Assembly: GCA_965235115.1 (NCBI GenBank)
Contig: OZ249437.1
Location: 31,434,001 to 31,498,000, forward strand
Length of the DNA stretch: 64,000 bases
Source of the DNA: Laetmonice hystrix
Lineage: Eukaryota
Reading direction: 5' to 3'
In this document: one piece after another, positions 1-13,600 of the stretch
Numbering within the stretch: the first letter of the stretch is position 1
Layout: each line of letters opens with the position of its first letter
Made by a program: the position numbers and the translations under genes
Notes under the pieces: model-generated
The model's database searches: none
Told to the model about the DNA's origin: nothing
The model's input: only the letters and a program-made list of their open reading frames with translations

Positions 1-3000
1 CTGGTTCCGTGCACCGGGACCAAGTCGACCGGACCCGGCGACCACTTAGAACCACTCACGGACCGGCTCTGGGTCAAGACAACTGGTGTTAGGTGTCCCG
101 CCTTGTCTTCCCGAATATGGTGGGCAGGACTCAGGGCAGGGCCTAAGGTTAGAACCACACAGGGGCAGCAGGTGGCCTTTTACAGGTGGTACTTTCGGCA
201 TTCTAACACTGAGAGACACTAGCAAAATATCGAAAAACATGTTGACGTACAACACAACAAAGCCTTGAGTTTTTTTTCCTCTCTCCATTTTTCGTTTGAC
301 GTGAACAGAATGCTTGTCAACAGTCCGTCTGAATTATAACAAAACGTCTCCACTTCGGGCTGGTTTCGGAGGAATCTCAATTCTTTCCACCGATTGCCTC
401 GACATTCTTCAGCTGTAGTAAAGAATTTGTCTCGAAGTTTCCATCTGAACTAACCTCGTGTGACATAATCCATGCCCACGAAGGCAACCACACCCACACT
501 GGGGTGATTACACACCTGTCAAGGTGAACTTGTTCAATCCTCCGGGTCTGTCAGTCGACCTATCCGTTATAGACCCGAATGGGGCCCAGATTGGCAATGC
601 TAATAAAGTCTTGACTGGATCAGAGCCCGGTTCTGTCGCCACCAACCAGTAAGCTTCACTTTACCTGACAACTCGCACTGACACAAGCACGTCAATGTCT
701 CGGCACTCCCCGCGCTGGACGTCACCAAGCCCCTAGGTCTGCCCTTCCGACGTCAACTGGCAGCTCTATCGACGCCTACCCCTACCCCTAACATCTACCC
801 TCCCCCCTGTCATAATGAAATCCTGTGATCATTTATAAATATCACATGCCTGTCACCGTGTGGGGCATGCATGCCAAGCTTAAACTTGTCTGCCTGTGGG
901 TATAACAAGAAAGCCTGGGGTCATATCGGTCCCTGCCTCAGCAGCTTAAAGTTACAATACGAACAAAAGTTCTCCAGTGAAATCTTAATCCTTAATATAC
1001 CGCCCATGTCACATAAATATAATCCCACAGGAAAAAATAATAAAAAAAGGAATTTCCGTCGGACACACAGCCACTGAGGTTCAGTAATTATCAGGAAATG
1101 GACTCTGGTCCCTTCCTGTGATCAATCACGCTGAAAGTTCCTCAAATGTTCCTTGTGCTGTGGCCGAACGACAGAAAAACCACATGCTGAATGAGGTAGG
1201 AAAAACGGCGAGCACGGCAAGCTGGGAGCTGTCCGGTCTTGTGCGCAGGCAAGACGAGAAATGTTTCGCTGACATAATGAGTGAAATTATTATGGGTAAA
1301 AGACGAATGGGGGCTCTGCTCAGGCTGATGTGTGTGAGAGGCAGGAATGTGGTGGATGGTGGTTGATGAAGGACCTCCCTGGCTATAGGTTGGGGCCCTG
1401 CCTGGTCACCCACAGAAACCAAGACAGGACCTCCGGGGCCAGAGGCCGAACTCCCATGTTGACAGGATCACCTCCATTGGCCAAATTGTGAATGGCAAAT
1501 TAATTAAGCCGACAATGTATGGTGCTGACTAACGCTGGGGGGTAAGTGGGTGGGTGGGAGTGGGGGTAGGGGTAGGGGTTGTGAAGAATCTCCTGCCTGC
1601 GGGGAGTGTGCGTTAGATGTATCATTGGGTAATCGCCAACAGGGATGAAGCAAGCACCTTGGTCCTTGCACAACATCTATTACATGACAACGTCTATTAC
1701 ACGAGATGTCACCCACAGACTGTCTGCATACATTCCTCACTAATCAATACGAGGGACCGACAAAGGTACCAAGGTGGGGTGCCTGTAGAAAACGCAAACA
1801 GGCATGGTCTGCTGAAATGGAGCATAATGTTAGGACGGCCCAGGAAAAAAACGCAGCTCTTTGCAGAGGGGGCCTTCAAAGCCGTACGACTGGCATCGTG
1901 ACAGTGGTGGGAGTTGCGTGCTGCACGACATGGTGGACGTGCTGGGCACGCTCTGAGTCAAGGCCCACCAAATGGGCCCCACACTCATTATGGTCGACTC
2001 CCTCATCCTCAACCATGAAGAAAACCTTTAATGTTGAACCTATCATGGCGCGGGCTTCATTTTCTCAGCATTTCCATCTGCCTCAATCAATATGGACAGC
2101 ACCATCAAACGGCCCACGTCCAGTCCACCTCAGTGAGCACAGCTCAATGTCACTTAAGTACGTCTACACACTCTACACAGTTTCAATGCACCAGCAAATA
2201 ATAAACATTTCCATTCCTGCTACTGTCAAAAGATATGCCTTCAATTCCAAGTCAATTTGTGGTCCTTTTCACTACCCTCTTCGTCCCCCCACATTCTTCA
2301 GCTGGGGTATTTGATGGGTACCTCTATTGACGTGTCTATTTAATCTTGAAGCGCATCTTGTCAGTGTAGACGCGAGTGGTAGTCATTCCTTTGACTTGCC
2401 ACATCTCTTCATCTAGTGTTCCCTTTCTCTTTCTATACGGAATCCCTCCATCACTACGGCAACTGCCTCCTGGAAACCGTGGCTTCTGTGCTTACCAGAT
2501 TTCGGTCTACTTTCATCAGCTTTGCCCACAAAGACGTCCCCAGCCTCCGAATGCTCCGTATCGCACTGACCAATGCACACACAGTTGGGCAGGACCCATT
2601 CTCAATTCACTGCAATCACCTCCACCATCTAAAGAATTTTACCTGTCCCCGACTCCAGCTTCACTCCAATTTCATTTGGCAGTGTGCCAGTACAATGTGC
2701 AGCCACACATACTATGCAGACATGGTTTCCGTGAATGCTGCCTACCACTAGCGCTGCATAGAGCTTTTCTGGAAAAACGGTTGGAAATTCAGGCATCAGC
2801 TAGACCACCTGCCCTAGTGCGCAGCAATAATTGTACTGCTGGCTCTGGCCTCGTGCCAAGTTAGCCGGAACAGAACGGGGGGCTGGGTAGACCTTATATG
2901 CAACACGAGTAGGCTTCAAGTAAACCAATGGTGACGACATCTGATGTTGGTGCCTATATAAGGTGCCTCAGGTATCTCCCTTCCCCCTCCCTCCAGAGTC

Positions 3001-6000
3001 GCGAAGAACGGCTCCAGTAGGCCGCCACTAGGTGAGGCCCTTGGCTTGGCAGAACAGGTAGAAGGGACCCCACCATGATGATGCATCGACTCCGCCATGG
3101 CGCCGACGGCATCCCATGCCATACACCCACCGCCAAATGGACCAAAGTCTATTACGGCTGATGCTGCCACAATTGGCTTCAAACCATGCCTAGCGGAGCA
3201 ACAATACAACAACACATGCACACCACTAATATATAGGCAATTTCATTCTTCACCCATATTCTGCAGACTTGACAGTTCATTACTCACCCGTTGTGCCAAG
3301 CCGGTCCCTTCAATTAATTGCCCTTCATACACATTCCATAAGAAAATCCTTTGCTAACGATGAATAATTAAACCAGAGCCTCCCCAGCACATGGACCTGT
3401 TGTTATAACTGATGAAAAGTGCAGGTCTCATGCCGCCGCCGTTCATACAACGTTGGCTCCCAAATCCCGCGGATTTGTCCAAGCAGTGAGACGCATTAAA
3501 GGATAACATGTCAGTCGGGCTCGGCCTATTTTACCCAGTTAGGTGGCCATCTTGTCCAGTAATACCTCACAAGGCGAGCAACATGGGGGATGGATTTAAA
3601 GCGATCCATCGCTCGTCTTACACTGTGGTATTAGCTGTAAGAGTCACTTCCACTCCCGGGATCTTGGTACCGACCGGTGGCAGTATATCCCGCCTTGCTC
3701 CCAGCTTACAGCCCTGGCTCACCCTCACCCTCCCCCTCCCCCACCGGCTCAAAAAGAAAATAGTAAAAAAAACAACTTCCAATTACTTAAAGCTCAAACC
3801 CAACCAGGCGAGCCTACCCGGCCTGTGAGATCCTTGTACAGGTACTTGCCGAACACAGTCTTACCGACCACCAGGTCAACCTTGATCACATCAATCAAGC
3901 CCAATTTACCCCAGACCAGACTGCTCGTCCCCGCTCAGGTTCCGTCAGCCGTCCTCAGTAAAGACCTCCGAAACGTGTGCCTTATTAATGATATACCCTC
4001 GACAGGTCTTTCTTTTTTTTATTCATCTTCATCCTCTGCAGTAGTTGCCTTAATAAAACATCTGATAAATGTAAATAAACATGAAACACGAGCTGTGATT
4101 CGGTATAAAGCTACGTGTGCCGGTTGGGAAGTTTCCACATAAACGAACCGCCTTCGGGGACCCCAGGATGGCCCTGACCTAAAGCTGTGAGCCAGGCCGT
4201 CGTAACAATAAGAAAAAGACCCCGCCCCCTCCCTCAATCCCAGAACTCGGCTCCTGAGCCATGGCACCTGATTGGTAAATATCCCTGAGGCGTTGCTGCT
4301 TATACCAGGCAATAAGGTTCATTGTTACATCCCTAATCCCATTTTCTAGGCAAACAATGTTATTCTTCAATAGGAGGCAGGAATCGGTTTTTGGGTGGCC
4401 TTATCACCACTGTCACCTTCTAAACAGGCTAATAGCGACGGTGATGGAGCGGGCTTTTCCTGTAGTCGGGTCTCAGGGCACTGTGATACATTGTCGTCCA
4501 TTCTGTATGTTTGGGTCTATACTACTTATCTCCGTTACTCACAGTTGAGAATGAAAACCTTAGGATAACCCTGAAACCCCGGAGAACCGAGAGAGACCAT
4601 AGGTGTCGAATAATGTCACATGGAACTCCAGGGAGTCTATGTCCTTTAATATTTGATCAAAGTGATTGATTGAAAGGTATCGCTGACATCAAAATGTTCA
4701 AATACCTGAAACTGATTTCACCTGGTGTCTCACCCCCACCCGCCGACTCAAGGGTAGTTGCCTTTTTCCCCCAGCAATCCAATCCCTTCAAGTATATTCA
4801 AACACCAGCCGACACAACAGTTCAGCTAGAGTAGAGGGTCAAACAATTCCAGCCTCCCATTGAGATATGGAACGAGTATCAAAGTCAATAATGTTCACTC
4901 GCAGAAATTGTTTCTATCGAGAGGCTACAGGAAGTGATAACTAGGACAGAGGGTTTACCATTCACTGTGAGTCGTTTTGTTACTGGGACAGGTGATTCTG
5001 CTCCTGATTTAATCCTGTCTAGATTAGCCCTTTTCCGTTATCAAATCCACCTTATTTACTGCGGTAGGTGAAAACCAAAGTCCTTTCAAAGATGGCTGGA
5101 TAAAGAGCGACTGTTTATGATATAATATTCAACTCTGAATGTTTCAGTGCTGTTAAATTTCTTCAAATACAATGTTAACGGACATCATAGCAATATTTAG
5201 CTCATATGAATCTAATCCCAGTTCAATGTATAATCGATTCATCAAATGCGACTGCTTATTTACTAAGTGATCACTGAAACTTGGGTTCTTCTTCATCAAA
5301 CAATCCAAGTCTTCTTTTACGCAATGCCAGGGTTATCCTTTAACCGCTGCAGGACAGTAGTTTTCCGGAAACTCTCGGGCACAAAAGGCGCCCTGGATAG
5401 CAGACAGCATTGTGTAATTTGTTTGCCATCAATCGGCCGATATTCCTGGCTGCCTAACTCAGGCCTGGAGGAGCACGACCCACAAAGGTTGGGGTTCTTC
5501 AAGTACACGGCGCTATCGGCCCACCCCCATGATTACCAGTACCATGGTAGGATAAACTTTTACTTCCGATCCCCGGTACTCAATTGGAAACGCCTGCGAT
5601 TTGCCCAGCGCTTAGTGCACTGAAGACGGTGAATCTGTTGTTGGTAATTTGTCTACCGCACTCTAGCAGATCGACATCACGTGTACACGACCTACTAGTG
5701 CCTCATGTGGACACCAGGGGGGCGTCCTTCTCCTTGCCACGCATGCTTCCTGGGATCCAACACCCTGGGGGCCCACCTAGTTTCTTGCCTCCCCCGATTT
5801 GCCCTTTTTGCCGTCATATACCCTTTACCACAAAACCCTTTCCCTGTCGGGGTCGTTTACCACCCGACACCCGGCCATTAGCATCCCCTGTAAAGCAGCC
5901 CGCACACTTCAATCCTTGTCCTGACCCAACTCCCCCGGGGCCCGATAATTATGAAAATCCGCACGGATAACCCGACCGTCGCCTGAAAATAGTCAATCTC

Positions 6001-7930
6001 GGTGTGGGACTGAGGCTCACTGGTAGAATTCAACCAATGCATGTTGACGTTCTGGTCGTTGAGGTGGTAGGAGGTGGGGGTCTGACCTACCCCACTTCCA
6101 CCCATAGGGAAACAGAAACCAGCGAAGAAGCTACTCACAAACCCTCCTACCAAAGATCCCTTGTCTGAGTAAACTGTAAACCACACAGTGTGCCCTCACA
6201 CATTGACCCTAATCGACCGCCTGGAAGGTCATTATCTCCTGACCTGGAATCCCGCTAAGTGATTCTAGCAGCCTCAATCACCTTCTCGTAATTCTAGGAA
6301 CCTGGTACGGCATCAACCCCACAGCCCCCTGAAATACCATGACATTCCACAGGACCACGTGTTGCTCAGCCAAGGGTCAGTAACTGCCCCAAACACTGGC
6401 CTCTAGCATCATTAGAAACAAACTGACCTCTGACTTCCACCAGAACAAATACAGTCAATATCTCATAACATTCATGTTAGAAATCGGCAATTACAAATAC
6501 ACACTAATGGAGCTTCCAGTTCCAACCTCCCATGCGTAAGAAAGATTTGCTATAGTCAATCCAGTAGTTCACTGTATCCTACTGAGGTCTTGATTATTGT
6601 GATACGACATAATGTCGACTCATGGCGGATAACTTCCGAGACCAAGCCAGGATGGACCACGCCATTCTCAGATACCGACACAAACATGTCCACAATTGAA
6701 CACGGCCATTTATACGATAATCGCTCTCCGTCATTTTTTATGCACCTCCCAAGCTTTCGCATCATTCTCCTGTTTTAAACACTTAGAAACCACGCAGGCA
6801 CAGAAAAAAAGACTCAGAGATACGGGCCCCTGTCTTAACCAACACGCCAACACGCGTAGTGAAAAAACCACAACTCTTCAATCCTTTTCAAAAAGGTCCA
6901 TTCTCAAGTTGTGTCGAGCTGCGCGTACCCGACACCCCCTGATCCTGAGCGGCCTCTCCCAGCACACCTGATCATGGCCTGTTGGGTAGCAGCATCCATA
7001 GATCAACGTCCTTGGGGCCAGGCAACCAATTACCCACACCAGCTTGTCTAGGACCACCTGAGACTCTCCCGTTCTTCACAGCTGTGACTGGAGCAGCAGC
7101 CGCACCACTAGCAGTACTCTCAGCAACAGCAGCAGCAGCCTGGTGGCCAGTCATCTACACCGAACCTTTGAACCGTTCAATGTGGTTCCTGTGCCATTTG
7201 AGCACCACAGAATCCGTTTCCGGACAGGGACAAACAATTCACAATGATGACCTTCCCCTGTTAGTCTGCCGACCACGCCATTTCTTTCCTCTCTCCTCAT
7301 TTCCCCTTTCCTTTGTCGCCGGTTGATGTGCGCCACTTCCAGCCGCCCTCTGGTCACCTTGCTCAGATCTCCCGCCACCTTCCCATAAGGACTCCCTTAA
7401 TGAACTTTTGACTCTCCATACTCGGTAAATGACCACTAATACGCCACATGGACAATTCCAGGGCCCCCAACTCTCGCACACACTGTCATCACGTACAGTG
7501 GACAGGAGAAGTCACGCCCTGAAACTCTAACCGCAAACTTCCGGCTGACCAGCCTCACCCGCAGGCGGCGCGCTTTTCTGTGAGTGGTCACCTTGGCAGA
7601 CAACCAGCACCATCCAGGCTGAACTCCCTACCCAAGGAATCGGAGAACCTTCAACCTGCCTCAATCATTACCCCTAACCACCTCCATATCGGAAGGCCCT
7701 CAGAGCAGACCCACATAGGATGCTGCTGTATTCTAACACCCTCCCTCCCCTTACCTAGGTGTGCCTCCTCCGGACACGTTGTCAGCACGTATCGGAGAGC
7801 CTTGGCACACCTGGGTCACCCCCTTACAAACCCATCCACCCAGTCCACCACAATCAGCCTCCAATATAAAAACAACCCCGCCTCGGCACGCACACAGAAT
7901 GGGCCAAACCAGCCATACATAGGGCCGCAG

Positions 7931-8422
7931 TTCGGATGAAGGTCGCTTTCATTGAAACTAGCATATCACAATAGGCTGAGACCAGTTTGGATGAAGGTTG
8001 CTTTCATTGAAACTAACATATCACATTAGGCTGAGACCAGTTTGGATGAAGGTCGCTTTCATTGAAACTAACATATCACAATAGGCTGAGACCAGTTTGG
8101 ATGAAGGTTGCTTTCATTGAAACTAACATATCACAATAGGCTGAGACCAGTTTGGATGAAGGTCGCTTTCATTGAAACTAGCATATCACAATAGGCTGAG
8201 ACCAGTTTGGATGAAGGTTGCTTTCATTGAAACTAACATATCACAATAGGCTGAGACCAGTTTGGATGAAGGTCGCTTTCATTGAAACTAACATATCACA
8301 ATAGGCTGAGACCAGTTCGGATGAGAGTCACCTTCATTGAAACTAACAAATCACAATAGGCTGAGACCAGTTCGGATGAAGGTCGCCTTCATTGAAACTA
8401 ACATATCACAATAGGCTGAGAC
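7931..8422. repeat. Minisatellite, 55-bp unit x9
   Basis: Unit TT(T/C)GGATGAAGGT(C/T)GCTTTCATTGAAACTAACATATCACAATAGGCTGAGACCAG starts at 7931, 7986, 8041, 8096, 8151, 8206, 8261, 8316 and 8371. Confidence 0.97.
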
Positions 8423-11400
8423 AGATTCAGATGCATGGCTGTTCTCCGTGACGACTGATCTCTGTAGGTTTTCACCCAGTTTCTCATTCAAAATAAATAT
8501 AAAATTCATTATTTTCATTTTGCAACGCAACAAATATATTCTATGGATTTATTTTTGTGACGTAGCCAGGGCCTTCTGCAGCTTTTCCCTTTCTTTGAAC
8601 AAATTCTAGTGGATTTTTTTTTTAATTTATGAGAGGCTACCAGTTTGGCCATAAAATAGCAATGGCCTCTGATGGACAGGCCAACTAGGGATAGCTTCAT
8701 TGGTAAGCCATGTTCGTCTAGAGTTGTCAGCATTCGGTCAATGACCTGTTGGACAGAAACCTACATTTATAATCATGACAACAATCCATGGAACGTAGAG
8801 GATATACAAATCAATCGGCAGGGGGGAAATGGTCGACCAGAATAACAAATAAATTAAGTAATCCATGAATACATGGCCCGGGGTCATGCTCCACACCCCC
8901 ACCCTCTCAAATAACCACACCACTGGCGGACAAAACCCCTCGCTGCCCAACGAACGTGGAGTGAGCAAAGGGTTCATTGTATTCAATGGTCTGGCCGGCC
9001 CCACTCCGACCTTGGAAGTCTTGTGTTCCGGCGCAAGACACTGAATAAGTCCTCGCGGGGTTCGCCCCCGTCATCACATTTGAATATAAATGGGGCGGGA
9101 GCTTGAAATTGTCAATGAATCTCCTGCGACCGCTGCGTCACCACAAGGTGCCCTTTCCAACAGCTGAGGTCGTTACGACATCCCGAGTGTTACACCTGTA
9201 CTGTCAACGCTGCCGCCCGCCAGGCTCGGTTACCTGCAGGCGCCGTGCATGGGGTGTGGCTCAGCTCACAGTGCTCCAAAACATCGCTCCAATCGGCTCG
9301 ATTTGACTCGCTAAACACTGTGGGCACAGCGAGGGACTGAGATGTACAACATGCAGCGTGAAGAAAGTCGCATACCATTACATGTAATCTTAGACATGAA
9401 TAATGTATGAGATTATGAATCAATGATATACCTGTTTGTACATGGCGAATTTTTAACTCAAGTTTTGAGTCATAATATTCACACATAGAATTTAATGCCC
9501 ATTTTATTATCTGATCCATGTTTTAACCCGATACATGACCTCCTTGCCATCATTGCAAGCTCTCAGTCGCCTGGATACCCAGTCAGGGGGCGCTTTGTGT
9601 TTATAATCCGTCTGAACCAACTACTTTCATCCCTACCCAGTCCATCAACATATCCGTACTCCAAGACCCTATTGTCGCCATGTTCCACAAGGTACCGCTG
9701 GCATTGAACACCAACAAGAGCACTCGCACTATCACTCCTTCTCCACGCCTTTCACAATCCTCTTTCGGAATTCAACGCATGGGGTGCAAATCACTTCAAT
9801 GTGCGTTGAAGAAATCAAATGACTGTAACTGTGTTCAGTCCGTGGAGATAACAGAACAGCGGCTTTGGTTTCAGAGGTGCTTGATGTCTTTTGTATGCGC
9901 AGCGGTTCGTGCCTACACAGGTTCTCGGAGTGCGCCAATGGGAGCATCCACAGGGGCGTGGCATTCAGCTCAGGTACAACTACTCGTAGCTCGGCGGACA
10001 GCCACCGTAATCATTGGTGACGAACCCTCAAGGGGGCCACCAACACCGCCGCCGCCGGCCCAGTCCGATAACATCATCTGTCCGTGCGTCTCTCTGTCTT
10101 ACTATCCCTTCATTATACAGATAACCCCCCGCCTTGAAAAAATACCTTCTTATAGGTGTCTTCAGAGGTAGCGTATAAGTGGCACTGCAACAAGGCGAGG
10201 CTTGACGCGACATAAGATTCCCATTATCAACAAACATACACTCATCGCCCCATCCAAGTGCATCCTCCTCTAACACGTCCCCTGCCTTCTGTTTTATAAA
10301 ACACTGCCATCTCTGCGAGAATTTTTTGTTTTCTCCGGAGTTTGTTTTTTTAATCTTAAATTACCTCTGTGATACTCATGTCGTTGCCTGTGAACATGGG
10401 GCGCTGTGGGAGAGAGCACTGCTCGTTTGAAGACAATCACACCGGATAAACTGATCAAAGAGATAGAGGCCAATGAGAGGAGCGGGTCGCTGAGAGAAGT
10501 AATCTTCTCGGATGTTCTCCACCCATTAACCCACCTACACGCCGACTGTGTTCGCCCTGCAAAGACAGCATTCAAATCTCCCCAACATCTCGACACACCC
10601 CACCGACTCTCCACTCCCCGGCCTTTTACACTACAACATTGGTTACTCCCCTCCCCCGAATTCACCATCAATTTCCTCTAAAGTCGTGGTGCAAATCACC
10701 GACGACTCCATTAGATCAGGCGGTGAAAGGTGCCGGCGAGAGTGCTGGGTTTAAACACGTTTTCCAACCACGACAACTTCGCCGGCTTTCACAATAAACC
10801 AGACTTTTACGTCTGCAGTAATCTCAATATTTGCAACAAGAAATCTCGGCATACCATTGGCTGTAATTTGTAACATTGGAAATATGACAATAGGCTTGCA
10901 CCCGGACATTATGAACTTTTCTGTCAAGAAATGGACGTTATAGGAAGGAAAATCTTGTTCCGAATTAAGCGTTTCACATAAGTCTAAATCAGCAGAAACC
11001 TGATCTACACTAAACCCTGAATGGAAGATCTTTCAGAAAAAGAAGTTTAATTACGATAAGTGAAGTCCAAAGTACTCATATCACCGAGTACATTTCACCG
11101 CTTTCATCTTCTCTGTGTGAATGGCAATCAGGACAACTGGTGCCTACATGTTCTTTGGTTGTCGGAAAGAATAGCATTGTTGTGTTGTTTAACTACACAA
11201 GTGGCTGTGCTGCACTGACCTTGTCATACCACCAGCTACGTTCGCAGTACATCCTGCTACTCACACTTAATTTGACACAACCCTACTGATTGAATACAAT
11301 GCCCCGTTGCCCCGACAACCGCGTATATTGAGCGGGCGCATGCCAAATATGCCGCGCTTCCATTTGCCACTCTTTGAAGGCGAATACCAGCATGGCTCGG

Positions 11401-11466
11401 GCGGCGGCCTCGCCCTGTCCTAGCCCCGACCTGCACTCGTTCAGCATCCTCAACTCGACGCCGCAA

Positions 11467-11510
11467 CTCGGAACGGGCACTCGGAACGGGCACCTGGCAC
11501 GGGCACTCGG
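11467..11510. repeat. 13-bp tandem repeat x3.3
   Basis: CTCGGAACGGGCA, CTCGGAACGGGCA, CCTGGCACGGGCA, then CTCGG. Confidence 0.8.
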
Positions 11511-13534
11511 TCACATGCAGATCGGATCGCTTCTCCATGCCACCTGAGTCGGCAAGTGTAGCACATGTCCAGTTAACCCTATTCACGTTTCTCAGCATTC
11601 AGAGGCAATTCTTTGGCTATATCCAATCAATCATACAGTGTTCACTGATGTCTCTAGGAGTCACAAGTAGACTACACAATAAGATCCAACACGTGTTTGC
11701 AGACCAGGGTACATCTTAAAGTTACATGTAAACTTGTTATGTATTCACCTGCTCATCACACATTAATGTAACAATGCCATAGTGTATGACAAATGTGTCA
11801 AACAGACCGTTTCCTATAACACAGGGGGTTGCCAAGGCGGCCGCCATGTTTGTAGGGCAAGCGGGTCCCTAGCGACAGCTCTTATCAAGCCATTCAACAT
11901 TCACCACAGCGTTTTTACTAAAGACCATTTTACTGTTATGGGTGAACAAAATAGCATGGGTGCCACATTAACAAACCTATTGAATGCTATGAAAATTACG
12001 TATCAACAATAATCGCACTTTTCACCCCAGTTAACCCCGAAATTTCCGATTTGATACAATAACCTCTACATGTCATTGAGGTCCATTCAGTGTGATCGCA
12101 GGGGGCACAGGAACGCCCCTGGCCACCATTGTGGTTGGTCGTAGATTATGCAAAGTACCTCAATAGAAAATAGTCTCAGTGGTCTTTAATTAGGATACAT
12201 TTAATTTTTAGTAACCCATTAAACACTGTTAGAACTTTGGGGTGTCTCTCGCTTTATCATCGGCACTATCTAATGTTGTCATTCTTGAACTTATATCGGA
12301 GGAATTCTATTTCTGATTTTTCTTAGGCCTATACTGCTATGCTACGTTACGAACTGCTGGAATGTTGGTCCTACTAGGTGAAATGGTTCTGTTTGGACCA
12401 TGGACCCTTGGCGTTAGGGCTGCCCTTTCATTGTGTTTGCTAATGTTAGAGGGACTATAGTTCCTGCTGGGTTGAGGACTATAGGGGTCGAGTCCTATAG
12501 GAAGGCGTGAATCGCCAGGGTGTGCTGGGAGTGACCTTGTCAACCACCCCTGACAGTGCCCCTGTGGTCGACGACTTCGGTCACACCTGTATTAGATACC
12601 CACACTGTGTCGGGGTGAACACGCACACCCGGGGAAGCGTCCGGGGAGGGGTGCACTATACTCTTATTTTCCTGTAAACCTACAATGTTAGAGGCTCGTT
12701 GTTTTCAGGTACCCCCCTAAATGCTAGGTCTTAAATCATTCCTACACCGTTACCACCAGGAATGTTATGCTGCTTTATAACTTTCGCCAATGCCAGGTGT
12801 GACTGCAATGCTGAAGGCTTTACAGTCGGGGTGTTAGCTGTGTGTAAAGACCATTACGGGAGTCATCAATAATCACGTGCCAAGCTAATCAAGCTAGCCG
12901 CACCTACACGTCGAGCCTACTGATGACGTCCGTCACCGCCGTGCCGCCTGCCGGAGCCGGCCGTACCTCGGCCCCAATCTCACACCTGTGCAGCCAGGCT
13001 TGGCCAACCGGCCGGCCGGTAACAACTCACAGCCACTTTACACTTCGGTTCCAGCGCTATGGACAGTAAAGTAAGCCTAGCCACAAAGCACTGACAACTG
13101 ACCCCTGAAGTGGAGCGCTCACCTGGCTCACAATGATGACTATTCTTACAGAGGGCATTATGCGTGTTCACTCTAATGGTCGGAGTCGGGAGGGGGGGGG
13201 GGGCTTAGTCAGAGCCGACGACATCTAACAAGAATTGGGGACTCCCTTTCCATTTACCAACCGACCCCGGCTTTGAGAAGAGGCAGTTTCCCAAACATCG
13301 AGTGGGTATTTATAACTCCTCCGGTACAGCAGTAATCTCCCGGTATGTTGGTATGGATCTGGCCTGCCAGAGGATGATGATTACAATGTGAGACAATCCA
13401 CCACGATCTGACCCTGATGACCCCTCTCACCTGATGCTCTATCAGCCCCCAACCCCACCCTTCACCACAGGTTACGTCACGCCGGGGTGAAGGTACAATA
13501 CATCAAGGGCAGCCTAATCTGATGTCCGCTGGAC

Positions 13535-13600
13535 TCTGAACACTGCCAGGGGGCTTCTGAACACTACCAAGGACCTCTGAACACTGCCATCGACCTCTGG
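13535..13600. repeat. Degenerate 20-21-bp tandem repeat x3
   Basis: TCTGAACACT(G/A)CCA... starts at 13535, 13556 and 13576, with a partial fourth copy at 13596. Confidence 0.8.

Noticed and set aside
1706-2314. 202-aa ORF, the longest outside repeats
   Set aside because: No recognisable domain, no clear splice context and random-looking composition.
2416-2800. Possible LINE reverse-transcriptase or endonuclease relic (FSIHCNHL...YADM on plus; VVGSIHG..VCIVCVAAHC on minus)
   Set aside because: The motifs are degenerate with wrong spacing, and the two readings are on opposite strands. A Dfam or BLASTX search would be needed.
4573-4598. GAAACCCCGGAGAACCGAGAGAGACC resembling a decayed V-domain
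   Set aside because: It is too short and diverged, with no adjoining SINE head or tail.
7931-8422. CRISPR-like array or tandem hammerhead ribozymes (GGATGA...GAAAC in each unit)
   Set aside because: There are no unique spacers and no cas genes. The hammerhead core needs CUGANGA but the units have (T/C)GGATGA. Stem II closure is poor, and there is no GUH/NUH triplet pairing with GAAAC for stem III.
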